64,000 nucleotides of DNA from an uncultured Acidobacteriota bacterium (GTDB lineage: Bacteria; Acidobacteriota; UBA6911). The stretch covers positions 224,001-288,000 of the forward strand of contig CAWHCF010000049.1 in the NCBI GenBank assembly GCA_963827655.1, given 5' to 3'. Position numbers and translations under genes: made by a program. Below are positions 38,696-48,450 of this stretch, piece by piece (the first letter of the stretch is position 1; every line of letters begins with the position of its first letter). The notes below the pieces were generated by a model. That model was not told the DNA's origin. It ran no database searches and saw nothing but the letters and a program-made list of their open reading frames with translations.

Positions 38696-40170
38696 GGAAT
38701 GGATCAGCGCCGAGAAGGCAAAGTCGGAAGTGGTCTGGGGTTCGGAGCGCGTGGGCACCTGGGAGGGAATACAACCGCGGTGGCGGGAATCGAATCAAAG
38801 GATTCGGTTTAAGTTCCGAGCTCGGAACAGGAATGTAACCGCATGGATTGTCTGTCTTCAGCCGACTCCCTGGGGCATCAAAGTTCTTTTGCGCGACTTT
38901 GACAAGGCCTTTCCAAACGAGCTCCGGGTTGTGTGGCCGAACGCATCCTTCGAGGGTACCCCTGCTCGAGCAAACGACTTTTGGGAGACGATACGCCCGT
39001 GGGTCCGAGTTCACTGGCCTGGTTGCACGATTGTCTCGGCCACGCAGCGCGCGGATCGAGCGCACACGATCTCCGGTGCATTTCTCAGGGTCCAGGTTCG
39101 CTATCGCGGAAGGGTCTACCTTCTGATAGGGTGCGGCGCAGCTCCCGTGGAAACAACCAACGAAATGCTGGCCCAGGGACTCCTCTGGGTGGCCTGTCTG
39201 CAAAAGAGCAGGCAACTGGACGGGTTGCCAACTCTGTGCCTGATGGTTCCTGCTGGTCATTCCGGGATTCTCTACCACCGTGCGCGCTATCTTAACCCGG
39301 AACGGATAAAGGTGGAGATCTGGGAACACGAGGACTCGGCAGAACAAGGGTCCTTTCGCCCCGCATCGCCGCCCCCTCCTCCCGAAGAAAATCGTGACTT
39401 CCGCTGGCCTCTGCTAGGTCCGTTCCGATGGAGTGCGCTGCTCGCTCGAGTGCTCGACCTGGCCCCGAACTTGATCCGGCGGTATCCCCGCTTCCAGGAC
39501 TACGATTCGCTGCGTCTGTGTGGTCTCGAATTCGCCCGCGTGTTCGGGGAGGAACGTGACCGGGTTAGCTTTGGGATTGGGCCGCACCAGAGCGAGTTGA
39601 CGGATGAAACCTTCGCAGAACTCCGGTCGCTGGTGGAGGAGATACTCTTTTTTCGCCGGCCCGACACCCCCGACACTCACCACCCGTATTACACACTCCA
39701 ATCGGAACGCTGGCTCGAATCGCTGATACTCGAGGAGGTCTCACGAATTTTCCCTGAACTGGCGCCCGAGACGGTCTACTCTCAAATCCCGGTTTACTTG
39801 GGTAAGGATCCGGGCCGGGTGGACATTCTAGGGGCCGATCTTCAAGGGACGCTCGTAGTCATGGAGTTGAAAGTCCTGGAGGATCCCAACCTTCCCGTAC
39901 AGGCGCTCGACTATTGGGGACGCGTCATCCAGCACAATATCTGTGGCGACTTCGAACGGCGCGGATACTTCTCGGGGATCCAGCTGAATCGCAGGCAGCC
40001 TCGCATATACGTGGTTGCGCCCGTCTTCTCATTCCACGATTCGACGGAGCGTGTGCTGCGGTTTTTCGACCCCGGCGCTGGAGGTCTGGAAGATCGCCAT
40101 AAATCATGACTGGCGATCGGGGGTCAAAATCCTGCAGCGTACCAGTTTGCGCTGCGGCGAACTGCCTTGA
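38649..40170 (+). CDS. Hypothetical protein with C-terminal PD-(D/E)xK (NucS-like) nuclease domain, frameshift ~40075
   Basis: ERWLE...Q...GRVDILG...LVVMELK...QALDY. The C-terminus continues as EVWKIAINHDWRSGVK after an indel. Confidence 0.7.
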
Positions 40171-40283
40171 CGCCTGATATTGAAAGCGCGCGGATATCAG
40201 GATCACGTTTTCGAGGACAAGCTTGGCTTGAAAATCTTCCCGATCGATGGCGCTGTGCTGCGGTGTGGACGATTCGGCAGCGA

Positions 40284-40511
40284 TTATTTCTTGGCGACTT
40301 CTTCCTGACTTGCCTGAAAAGCACCCCTTCTCAGTGCGTCACCCGAAGGGTCTCCACCAGATTTTTCTTCCTGCCCGACTTTGAGCGCGGATTTGAAATT
40401 CTTGATTCCTTCACCCAGGCCCTTCCCCAGCTGAGGAATCTTATTCACGCCAAATATGAAGATCACGATGAGAAGGACGACGAAAAGTTCCTGCGTGCCC
40501 AGACCGAACAT
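40284..40511 (-). CDS. tatA: Twin-arginine translocase subunit TatA
   Basis: MFGLG.QEL...[19 protein letters not shown]. Confidence 0.92.
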   Translation of the reverse strand: MFGLGTQELFVVLLIVIFIFGVNKIPQLGKGLGEGIKNFKSALKVGQEEKSGGDPSGDALRRGAFQASQEEVAKK

Positions 40512-40644
40512 AAAGAACCTCCTATGTTCTGCTTTTGGAAAACTCGATTAGAAGAGTACTTTAGCGCTTCACAGAAGTCAATCCTTCCGGTGCCCGAGCC
40601 TTGTGGTCAGCGCTACCGAACAAATACCACCAAGACGCGAAGAC

Positions 40645-42546
40645 TCAAAGGAGAATTCGCTCATTCCCCTGGCGTCGGGTAAAACGCTCCCGATCGAGAA
40701 ACTCCAGCAGCGGGATCGCGTGCTTTCGCGTCAGATCGAACATATCCTTGAATTCGGTTACGCCAAACGTGGACCCTCGGGCGTAGGTTGAATGAATCTT
40801 GTTCTTCATCTCTTCAAGAGTTTCGCGGTGATAGGCAAGATCGTCGGAGATCTTGACGAGAATCTTCTCTTTGACCATCCAGAAATAGATCTTACGCACC
40901 TCTTCGGCATCTGCGGGGATGGCGCCTGGGAGGTCGGATATCGCCGGGGGCTGGTAACCAGCGCGCTGGAAGACTTCTTCAATCAATTGGCGTACGTGCT
41001 GGCCCTGGGCGTTGAGCTGGACCTCTCGTCCGTGTAGTGAGACGGTGTCCTCATGGAGGGAGACTTTGCGTTCTTTGACCAGATCATCCAGACAGAAACG
41101 AAAGAAGTCCGGTGGGAGATCCCTGAACAGCCTGGCACGCAGTTCTTCCCTCGAGATCCCTCTTTGAAGTGGATGCTCCCGGTGGAATCTCGCCGTCCGG
41201 GACAGGACTCCCTGTTTCAACCGCTCCGCCGTTTCAGGGAGGACGAGCATGAGGGAAGCTCCGGGGATGATTGTGAGCTTCCGGGCCGAGGCCAGGCCGG
41301 AACACAATTCGATGAGCTTGGATCCGGCGAAGCCGACGAGCGAGTTCAACTGGTCGAGGCTCATTGCCCGGCTCGTGGACGCGGCGATCAAGCCTAGAAT
41401 CCTTTCCTCAAGTGACGCTTTATCCAGCGTCTGCAGGGCGGTAACCGCGTTCCTGTCGGTGATCTTATGTTTGAGGGGATGAGGATTGAGAACTTTCCCG
41501 CCGCCGATCGTCATGGTGGGGGAAAACTGGCGGATGATGAACGGATCGTTGTGAAGACAGAACACCGGCGCCTCCAGGCGAAGCTGCGCCTTGGCTGATT
41601 CTCCCGGAGCCATCGAGTCCATACCGAGCAGAGCGACTCGGGCGAGAACCTCCGAAGTGCCGTGATGGAAACGAACCTTAACCAGGTTCTTCAAAGGGCG
41701 CGGAGCAGAGGTCAAGAGGTCGAGGCGAACGTCGACCATTTGAGTTGAATGAAACAGCCGGGGAACAGTTAGCACCATTCCCCGCGCCACGTGACCCAGG
41801 TCGAGCCCCTGCAGATTAATTGCCGTGCGCTGTCCGGCGACGGCCCGCTCGCTCATTTTTCCGTGGACCTGGATTCCTCGCACGCGCGAGGTGAGATTGC
41901 CGGGAATCAGTTCGAGTTCCTGGTCTTTCAGGATCTGACCCGCGGTTAGCGTACCGGTAACAACCGTACCGAAGCCTCGGACCGTGAACGCTCGATCGAC
42001 GGGCAGCCGCGGCAATCGATCCTGCGGACGCTCCGGTGTGGAAAGCGCCAGCCGGCGAAGTGCCATTTTCAAGTCTTCTATGCCCGAGCCAGTCTTGGAA
42101 CTAACCGGGATAACCTCGCCGTGTTCTAAAAACGAGCCGCGCGTGAGATCGTTTATTTCTTCTCGAACCAACTGAACCAGATCCGGTTCAACCAGGTCTG
42201 TTTTGGTGATTACTATCAGGCCGGAATTGATTTCCAGAAGACGGCAAATGTCGAAATGCTCACGTGTTTGTGGCATCACCGACTCGTCGGCGGCAACCAC
42301 AAGCAAAACCAGGTCTATCCCGCCAACCCCGGCCAGCATGTTCTTTACGAATCTCTCATGACCGGGCACGTCAACGAAGCCTACCTGAAGATCGGTCAGA
42401 TCGAGATGGGCAAAGCCGAGGTCGATGGTGATGCCTCGCAGCTTTTCCTCCTTGAGGCGATCCGGATCTGTTCCCGTGAGGGCTTTTACCAGCGCGCTCT
42501 TTCCGTGATCGATGTGACCGGCCGTTCCGGCGATGATGTAACGCAT
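40645..42546 (-). CDS. selB: Selenocysteine-specific elongation factor
   Basis: [36 protein letters not shown]-terminal [13 protein letters not shown] winged helix. Confidence 0.96.
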   Translation of the reverse strand: MRYIIAGTAGHIDHGKSALVKALTGTDPDRLKEEKLRGITIDLGFAHLDLTDLQVGFVDVPGHERFVKNMLAGVGGIDLVLLVVAADESVMPQTREHFDICRLLEINSGLIVITKTDLVEPDLVQLVREEINDLTRGSFLEHGEVIPVSSKTGSGIEDLKMALRRLALSTPERPQDRLPRLPVDRAFTVRGFGTVVTGTLTAGQILKDQELELIPGNLTSRVRGIQVHGKMSERAVAGQRTAINLQGLDLGHVARGMVLTVPRLFHSTQMVDVRLDLLTSAPRPLKNLVKVRFHHGTSEVLARVALLGMDSMAPGESAKAQLRLEAPVFCLHNDPFIIRQFSPTMTIGGGKVLNPHPLKHKITDRNAVTALQTLDKASLEERILGLIAASTSRAMSLDQLNSLVGFAGSKLIELCSGLASARKLTIIPGASLMLVLPETAERLKQGVLSRTARFHREHPLQRGISREELRARLFRDLPPDFFRFCLDDLVKERKVSLHEDTVSLHGREVQLNAQGQHVRQLIEEVFQRAGYQPPAISDLPGAIPADAEEVRKIYFWMVKEKILVKISDDLAYHRETLEEMKNKIHSTYARGSTFGVTEFKDMFDLTRKHAIPLLEFLDRERFTRRQGNERILL

Positions 42547-42813
42547 TGATTGCAATACTTTCCGTTCCGCGATGTGCAAGGTCTTGCTCCCGTGATCGGG
42601 CTCGTCGTCAGAGGAAGGGAAAAGACCTTGACTGAGAAATTTCGTGACAGTACGCTTCTTGGTCAGTCGAAGCCGGGTGACTTCGCTTAAGAAATTTATC
42701 TTAGTGCAGTACACCAGGGTTGACCAGTCGAAAACCCCAGTCGGGGTCTTTCGATTTCTAACTTGGTTGATTCGTGTCAACCACGAGACGTGAGCAACGC
42801 CAGGTGATGGTAA

Positions 42814-44148
42814 ATGTTTGAGAGCCTCTCGAACAAGCTGCAGAAAATCCTGAAGGACCTGCGAGGGCAAGGTCGTGTATCCGAGCGTCACATCGAGGAG
42901 ACCACGCGTGAAATCCGAAACGCGCTTCTGGAGGCGGATGTCCATTTCAAGTTAGCCAAGGAGTTCGTCGAGCGAGTCAAACAGCGTGCTTTAGGGCAGG
43001 AGGTTATGGAAGCCCTCACGCCCGGCCAGCAGGTGGTAAAAGTCGTGCGCGACGAGATCGTGACCCTGCTGGGAGGCGTTCAGAACGAGCTTGAGTTTGC
43101 CAGGCAGCCACCAACGGTTTTTCTGATGGTAGGACTGCAAGGCTCCGGCAAGACGACCACTTCGGCCAAGCTTGGATTGTGGCTTGCAAAGAACAATCAC
43201 GTCCCATTGCTGATGTCCGTGGATGTCTATCGCCCGGCGGCAATCGAGCAACTCCGGGTGTTATGCTCGGAGCATAATCTGGGGTACTACGATGCCGCGG
43301 GAAATCAGGATCCGGTCGGGCGCTCGGAGCAGGGTCTAAGACAGGCGCGTAACGGCGGCTACGATACGCTCCTGATCGACACCGCGGGACGCCTGCACAT
43401 CGATGACGAAATGATGCTCGAACTCAAGCAGATACGGGAAGCGATGTCGCCGACCGAGACCCTGCTGGTGGCTGACGCTATGACCGGCCAGGATGCTGTT
43501 CGTAGCGCGAAGGAGTTTCACGACCAGCTCGGCCTCACCGGCGTCATTCTGACCAAAATGGATGGCGACGCGCGGGGGGGAGCGGCCCTGTCGATCAAGT
43601 CCGTTACCGGCCAGCCCATCAAGTTTCTTGGAACCGGCGAGAAGGCGGACGCCTTGGAGCCTTTCCATCCAGACCGGTTGGCAGGGCGAATTCTGGGGAT
43701 GGGAGATGTTCTGTCATTGATTGAACGCGCCGAAGAAGCCGTCGATCAGGAACAGGCTCTGGAACTGGCCGAAAAAATCCGGAAGGATGAGTTCACCCTG
43801 GAAGACTTTCGAGATCAGTTGCGCCAGATTCGCCGGCTCGGACCGCTGGAGCAAATCCTGGGCATGCTTCCCAACATGGGACCCATGCGAGGCTTGAATA
43901 ACGTTAAAGTCGATGAGAAGGAATTGATTCACATCGAAGCAATTATTAATTCCATGACTCCCGAGGAGCGGCGCCATCATCACATTCTGAATGGGAACCG
44001 GCGCAAGCGGATCGCGCGGGGCAGCGGGCGTCCGGTTCAGGAGATTAACCGCCTCTTGAAGCAATACATAGACATGCGCAAAATGATGAAGAGTCTTAAC
44101 CGCGGTATCGTGCCCCGCATGATGAAAGGATTGCGCTTTCCGATGTAG
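42814..44148 (+). CDS. ffh: Signal recognition particle protein
   Basis: GLQGSGKTT, DTAGR, TKMDGDARGG, RIARGSG. Confidence 0.98.
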   Translation: MFESLSNKLQKILKDLRGQGRVSERHIEETTREIRNALLEADVHFKLAKEFVERVKQRALGQEVMEALTPGQQVVKVVRDEIVTLLGGVQNELEFARQPPTVFLMVGLQGSGKTTTSAKLGLWLAKNNHVPLLMSVDVYRPAAIEQLRVLCSEHNLGYYDAAGNQDPVGRSEQGLRQARNGGYDTLLIDTAGRLHIDDEMMLELKQIREAMSPTETLLVADAMTGQDAVRSAKEFHDQLGLTGVILTKMDGDARGGAALSIKSVTGQPIKFLGTGEKADALEPFHPDRLAGRILGMGDVLSLIERAEEAVDQEQALELAEKIRKDEFTLEDFRDQLRQIRRLGPLEQILGMLPNMGPMRGLNNVKVDEKELIHIEAIINSMTPEERRHHHILNGNRRKRIARGSGRPVQEINRLLKQYIDMRKMMKSLNRGIVPRMMKGLRFPM

Positions 44149-44341
44149 CATTGGATTGCGGATTTGTCTCTCGCGTGACGAGACTTTCGGGTTCGAATTA
44201 TCCGCCGGAAGAACATGCAAACGGCGCCGGCGCTCAATCGATTCGTTCTTCAATCCGCAGTCGGCTGATCCTTGTTGCATCCCATTCATTGATGTGCCAC
44301 AATTCGAACAATTCAAGGATTCCGTTTGCTGAGGAGGACTG

Positions 44342-44593
44342 TTGCTGAGGATACGATTAACCCGAATGGGCGCGAAGAAGAGGCCGTTTTACCGTGTGGT
44401 GGTCGCTGAGCAAAGACAGGCGCGTGACGGAAGCTTTGTCGAGATCCTTGGTCACTACAATCCGGGCACAAATCCCCCCTCCATAAAGCTGGACTTGGAA
44501 AGGGTGGGGCACTGGATTGCCCGCGGTGCCCAGCCTTCGGAGACGGTACATTCGCTCGTGAAGAAGGCCAAACAAGCCGTATCAGCTACCTAG
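44342..44593 (+). CDS. rpsP: 30S ribosomal protein S16
   Basis: [26 protein letters not shown]. Confidence 0.97.
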   Translation: MLRIRLTRMGAKKRPFYRVVVAEQRQARDGSFVEILGHYNPGTNPPSIKLDLERVGHWIARGAQPSETVHSLVKKAKQAVSAT

Positions 44594-44683
44594 CTTCCCA
44601 TCTTCGTTCCTAATCGCGAGAAATCCCCAGTTATCGACCGAGCAGGCTGTGCAACTTTACGCGACCTCGCAGGGGAGGCGGTG

Positions 44684-44914
44684 ATGAAAGAGCTGGTAGA
44701 AATGATAGCGAAGGCGCTCGTGGACAATCCTGAACAGGTGGTCGTGACTGAGGTCGAAGGAGAACAGACCACGGTGTTGGAGCTGCGGGTCGCTCCATCG
44801 GATCTTGGAAAAGTGATCGGAAAGCAGGGCCGGACCGCTCGCTGCATCCGAACTCTGCTTGGTGCCGCGGGTATGAAATTGCGCAAAAGATTTGTCCTGG
44901 AAATCCTGGAATAG
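44684..44914 (+). CDS. khpA: KH domain RNA-binding protein
   Basis: [13 protein letters not shown] in the rpsP-rimM context. Confidence 0.93.
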   Translation: MKELVEMIAKALVDNPEQVVVTEVEGEQTTVLELRVAPSDLGKVIGKQGRTARCIRTLLGAAGMKLRKRFVLEILE

Positions 44915-45447
44915 TGGGGCAAGTCGCTCGACCTTCTTTCATAGCAATTGCCAGAATCGTCAGGCCTCGCGGAAACCGCGGCGAGGTGTTGGCGGAACTG
45001 CACACGGATTCTGCCGGCCGCTTCGAGCAGCTGGAGGAGATCTGGTTAGAATACCCCGACCAGCGCCGTGAGCGGAGGATTCTCGAGAATTCCTGGCCGC
45101 ATCGTGGAAGGGTGGTATTAAAGCTCTCCGGCGTGAATTCGATTACCGAGGCTGAAACACTCGTGGGCGTCTGGATCGAGGTTGAGGTCGATCAGGCTGT
45201 TTCACTGCCCGAAGGAACCTACTTTGATCATGACTTGATCGGGTGCGCACTTTACAGCCCGAACGGCGAGGAATTGGGCACCGTCAGCGATGTCCTGCAT
45301 ATCCCCGGCAACGACCAGTTGGTGGTGCAAGGTAAACGGCAGGAAGTTTTGATACCGGCCAGGTCTGACATCTGCAGGGAAGTTTCTGTGGAACGAAAGA
45401 GAATCACGGTGGATCTGCCGGAAGGATTGCTGGACCTGAACAAATGA
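44914..45447 (+). CDS. rimM: Ribosome maturation factor RimM
   Basis: [21 protein letters not shown], operon context. Confidence 0.92.
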   Translation: MGQVARPSFIAIARIVRPRGNRGEVLAELHTDSAGRFEQLEEIWLEYPDQRRERRILENSWPHRGRVVLKLSGVNSITEAETLVGVWIEVEVDQAVSLPEGTYFDHDLIGCALYSPNGEELGTVSDVLHIPGNDQLVVQGKRQEVLIPARSDICREVSVERKRITVDLPEGLLDLNK

Positions 45448-46172
45448 GATTCGACATCATTACGATTTTCCCTGACCTTTTCACGGGCTTCCTCGACCAT
45501 GGAGTCGTCCAGCGCGCCAGGAAATCGGCAAACCTGGACGTTCGTATCGTCAATCTCCGGGATTTCGCCAAGGATCGCCACAGGTCGGTCGACGATCGTC
45601 CTTATGGCGGCGGAGAGGGGATGGTTTTTATGCCAGCTCCGCTGTTTGATGCTGTCGAATTCTGCCGTGGAAGGGAGGGCCCGTCTGGTTGCCGGGTTGT
45701 TTTGCTCACCCCCCAGGGGCAAACCTGGACCCAGGAGATGGCCGTCGATTTCGCCGCAATTCCGCACATTATAGCGATTTGTGGTCGATATGAGGGCATA
45801 GACCAGCGAGTGATCGAAAATGTCGTGGACGCGGAAGTCTCCATCGGTGATTTCGTTCTGTCGGGGGGCGAGGTCCCGGCCATGGTTATCCTTGATTCAG
45901 TGGTAAGACTGATGCCGGGGGTGTTGGGCAACAGCGAGTCTGCAGTTAACGAGAGTTTCTCGACTGGACTTCTGGACTATCCCGTGTACACTCGCCCCGC
46001 CGATTTCCGCGGCTTGACGGTTCCCGCGGTTTTGCGGTCGGGAGATCACGCTCAAATCGAGCGATGGCGCCGCGAGCAGGCATTGGAGAAGACCTGGGAA
46101 AAACGTCCCGAGCTGGTTTCGCCGAAAGATCCGCGGATCGCGGCTGGCGAGCGAAAGAAAATCAAGAACTGA
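45444..46172 (+). CDS. trmD: tRNA (guanine37-N1)-methyltransferase
   Basis: [28 protein letters not shown]. Confidence 0.97.
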   Translation: MRFDIITIFPDLFTGFLDHGVVQRARKSANLDVRIVNLRDFAKDRHRSVDDRPYGGGEGMVFMPAPLFDAVEFCRGREGPSGCRVVLLTPQGQTWTQEMAVDFAAIPHIIAICGRYEGIDQRVIENVVDAEVSIGDFVLSGGEVPAMVILDSVVRLMPGVLGNSESAVNESFSTGLLDYPVYTRPADFRGLTVPAVLRSGDHAQIERWRREQALEKTWEKRPELVSPKDPRIAAGERKKIKN

Positions 46173-46191
46173 AATAATTTGGAGTAATTTC

Positions 46192-46566
46192 ATGAACTCA
46201 ATGCAGGCGGTCCAGGGTTCTCAGCTTCGAACGGATCTCCCGAAGTTTCGCCCGGGAGATACGGTTCGCGTCCATGTGAAGATCAAGGAGGGTGACAAAT
46301 ACCGCATCCAGGTGTTCGAGGGCGTGGTAATGGTCATCAAACGCAACCAGGTATCGTCGACTTTCACAGTTCGGAAGGTTTCGTTTGGGTACGGAATTGA
46401 ACGCATATTCCCGGTACACTCCCCGATCATCGACAAGTTGGAAGTGATGAAAAGCGGCAAGGTACGCCGTGCTCGACTGTATTACCTCAGGGGTCGGCGT
46501 GGAAAAGCGGCCAGGCTCAAGGAAGTGGGAAAGGGCGAACGCGAGCCTCAGGTCGCTCCGAGTTAA
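46192..46566 (+). CDS. rplS: 50S ribosomal protein L19
   Basis: [21 protein letters not shown]. Confidence 0.97.
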   Translation: MNSMQAVQGSQLRTDLPKFRPGDTVRVHVKIKEGDKYRIQVFEGVVMVIKRNQVSSTFTVRKVSFGYGIERIFPVHSPIIDKLEVMKSGKVRRARLYYLRGRRGKAARLKEVGKGEREPQVAPS

Positions 46567-46855
46567 ACCCGGCGGCAGTGTTGCCCCGGCAGGCACGATT
46601 TTTCGCGAGCGATCAAACCAGCCGGGCTGCGCGCCCAGTCCCTGGCTGAACCTGTAAAACTGTCTTTTCATCGGAAAGGCAACATCGGCGTTATCTGCCG
46701 GACTGCGAACTGCTCAGGCGCTCCGCGGCAACGAAATGCCTGGCTCGAGTCGCGCGTCTGACTCTCTTGGAGTGAAATGTGGCTGGTGACCGCAAGGTCA
46801 GGATTCGGCATCGTGACGTTGCCCAAAGAATCGACCCTGTCAAAGGGCAGTCCTG

Positions 46856-47159
46856 ATGGGCGTCTCTATGCCATGGGAGCCCGGACCTCGAGCAGAGGCC
46901 TAAGCCACGCCTGGGCTGGATCTGGCACATTCTCTACATTATCTATTCGCTCGAGGTTGGCGTTTTTCTATTGTTCCTTCCCTGGCTGCAGATATGGGAC
47001 AACAATTACCTCCTCTATCGTTATCCCGGAATTCGCCCGATAATCGCCAACTCTTTTCTCAAGGGGGCCGTTCTCGGCCTCGGTATCGTTAACCTGCTGA
47101 TCGGAATTCAGGAGATTGTCGATTTCAGAAGGAACTTCAGAAGCTATTTTTCAAAGTAA
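46856..47159 (+). CDS. Small membrane protein (5' indel)
   Basis: Open frame WIWHILYIIYSLEVGVFLLFLPW..WDNNY...GAVLGLG.VN. The ATG at 46856 is out of frame by one base. Confidence 0.6.
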
Positions 47160-47763
47160 GCCACTCCTGTACTACATCACCGATAGAAGGCAACTTCCCG
47201 AAAAGACACTCCTGCCCAACATTCGCCGCGTCATCAACCGAGGGGTGGATTTCGTTCAGATTCGTGAAAAGGATCTTTCCGACCGACAGCTTTTCGATCT
47301 GACTCGCCGCGTAATCGCATTAGCCCGATCCACTCGGTGCAGGGTACTGGTGAATGGGAGGGCCGATATCGCCCTCGCTGCCGGCGCTCACGGCGTGCAT
47401 CTCCCGTCTCAAGGCCTCCGCCTGGCTGATTTGAAATCATGGCTGCCGCCGGGCTTTCTCGCAGGTGTTTCTATCCACTCGATACGCGAGGGCCGCCTCG
47501 CTGCCTCGCAAGGGGCCGACTACGTCCTGCTCGGACCGGTTTTCCCCACGCCTTCCAAAGCCGGCTACGGTCCCCCTCTGGGTCTGGAGTATTTGAGGCG
47601 AGCGCGAGGGTCGTTGCCGTTAGCGGTCCTTGCGCTTGGCGGCATAAGACCAGACAACATCGAGTCTGTTCTAAACATAGGGGTCGCCGGAGTAGCGGGC
47701 ATTTCCCTTTTTCAGGACGCGCCGGAACAAATACCACTGAGCCTTGAAAAATCTCGCTTCTGA
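47116..47763 (+). CDS. thiE: Thiamine phosphate synthase
   Basis: LYYITD, VQIREK, GVHL, SIHS, GPVFPTPSK, ALGGI. A TenI-like paralogue is not excluded. Confidence 0.85.
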   Translation: MSISEGTSEAIFQSKPLLYYITDRRQLPEKTLLPNIRRVINRGVDFVQIREKDLSDRQLFDLTRRVIALARSTRCRVLVNGRADIALAAGAHGVHLPSQGLRLADLKSWLPPGFLAGVSIHSIREGRLAASQGADYVLLGPVFPTPSKAGYGPPLGLEYLRRARGSLPLAVLALGGIRPDNIESVLNIGVAGVAGISLFQDAPEQIPLSLEKSRF

Positions 47764-47880
47764 TGCTCTCTTTATATCAGGGGTAGAAACCCGGAAGATG
47801 CCGGCAACAGTGAAAAGTGTCTAATAATGATACTGTCATTCCGACATCAATAATGAGCGCTCACCCTCAGGTACCAGGGC

Positions 47881-48450
47881 ATGGACCCAACCACTGAACT
47901 TGTGCGTCGTAGCATCGACGGCGATTCCGAGGCCTTCGACTGTCTCGTGCGCGAGTACATGAATACTGTGGTGGGTCTGGCCTTCAACTATGTGGGTAAC
48001 TTCCACACGGCAGAAGATCTCGCTCAGGAGACCTTCGTCCAGGCCTTCCAATCGCTCGAAAGACTTCGTGATGGCACTAGATTCAAGGTCTGGTTACTCC
48101 GGATCGCGCGAAACAAATGCATAGACTATATCCGGCGTAGCCCTCGATGGCTTTCCATCGATCACGACCATGAGCTGCAGCGGGAGGTTTCGACCAAGGT
48201 CGCGGCGCCCTTCTCCCACGGAGAAGAGGCCTCTCGTTTCTCGGAAGCAGACCTTTTTTCGGCTCTCAATTCACTCCGAAAGGACTACCGCGAGATATTT
48301 CTGCTCAAGCACGTGGACAATCTCTCCTACAAAGAGATTTCGGGATTACTCGGGATGACCGTTTCCGCAGTTGGTGAAAAGCTTTATCGCGTGCGCGCGA
48401 TGATTCGAGAAAAGTTGGAAGACATCAAATCCGGGAGCAACAACTCATGA
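47881..48450 (+). CDS. ECF RNA polymerase sigma factor
   Basis: GD.EAF..LV, AEDLAQETF, WLLRIARN, LSYKEIS. Confidence 0.93.
   Translation: MDPTTELVRRSIDGDSEAFDCLVREYMNTVVGLAFNYVGNFHTAEDLAQETFVQAFQSLERLRDGTRFKVWLLRIARNKCIDYIRRSPRWLSIDHDHELQREVSTKVAAPFSHGEEASRFSEADLFSALNSLRKDYREIFLLKHVDNLSYKEISGLLGMTVSAVGEKLYRVRAMIREKLEDIKSGSNNS

Noticed and set aside
42547-42813. SRP RNA or tRNA-Sec between selB and ffh
   Set aside because: Only a simple hairpin (TCGAAAACCCC...GGGGTCTTTCGA). No SRP domain IV motif or tRNA cloverleaf was recognised.
42547-42945. N-terminal extension of SelB in the ORF track
   Set aside because: It overlaps ffh on the opposite strand, and homology starts at [11 protein letters not shown].
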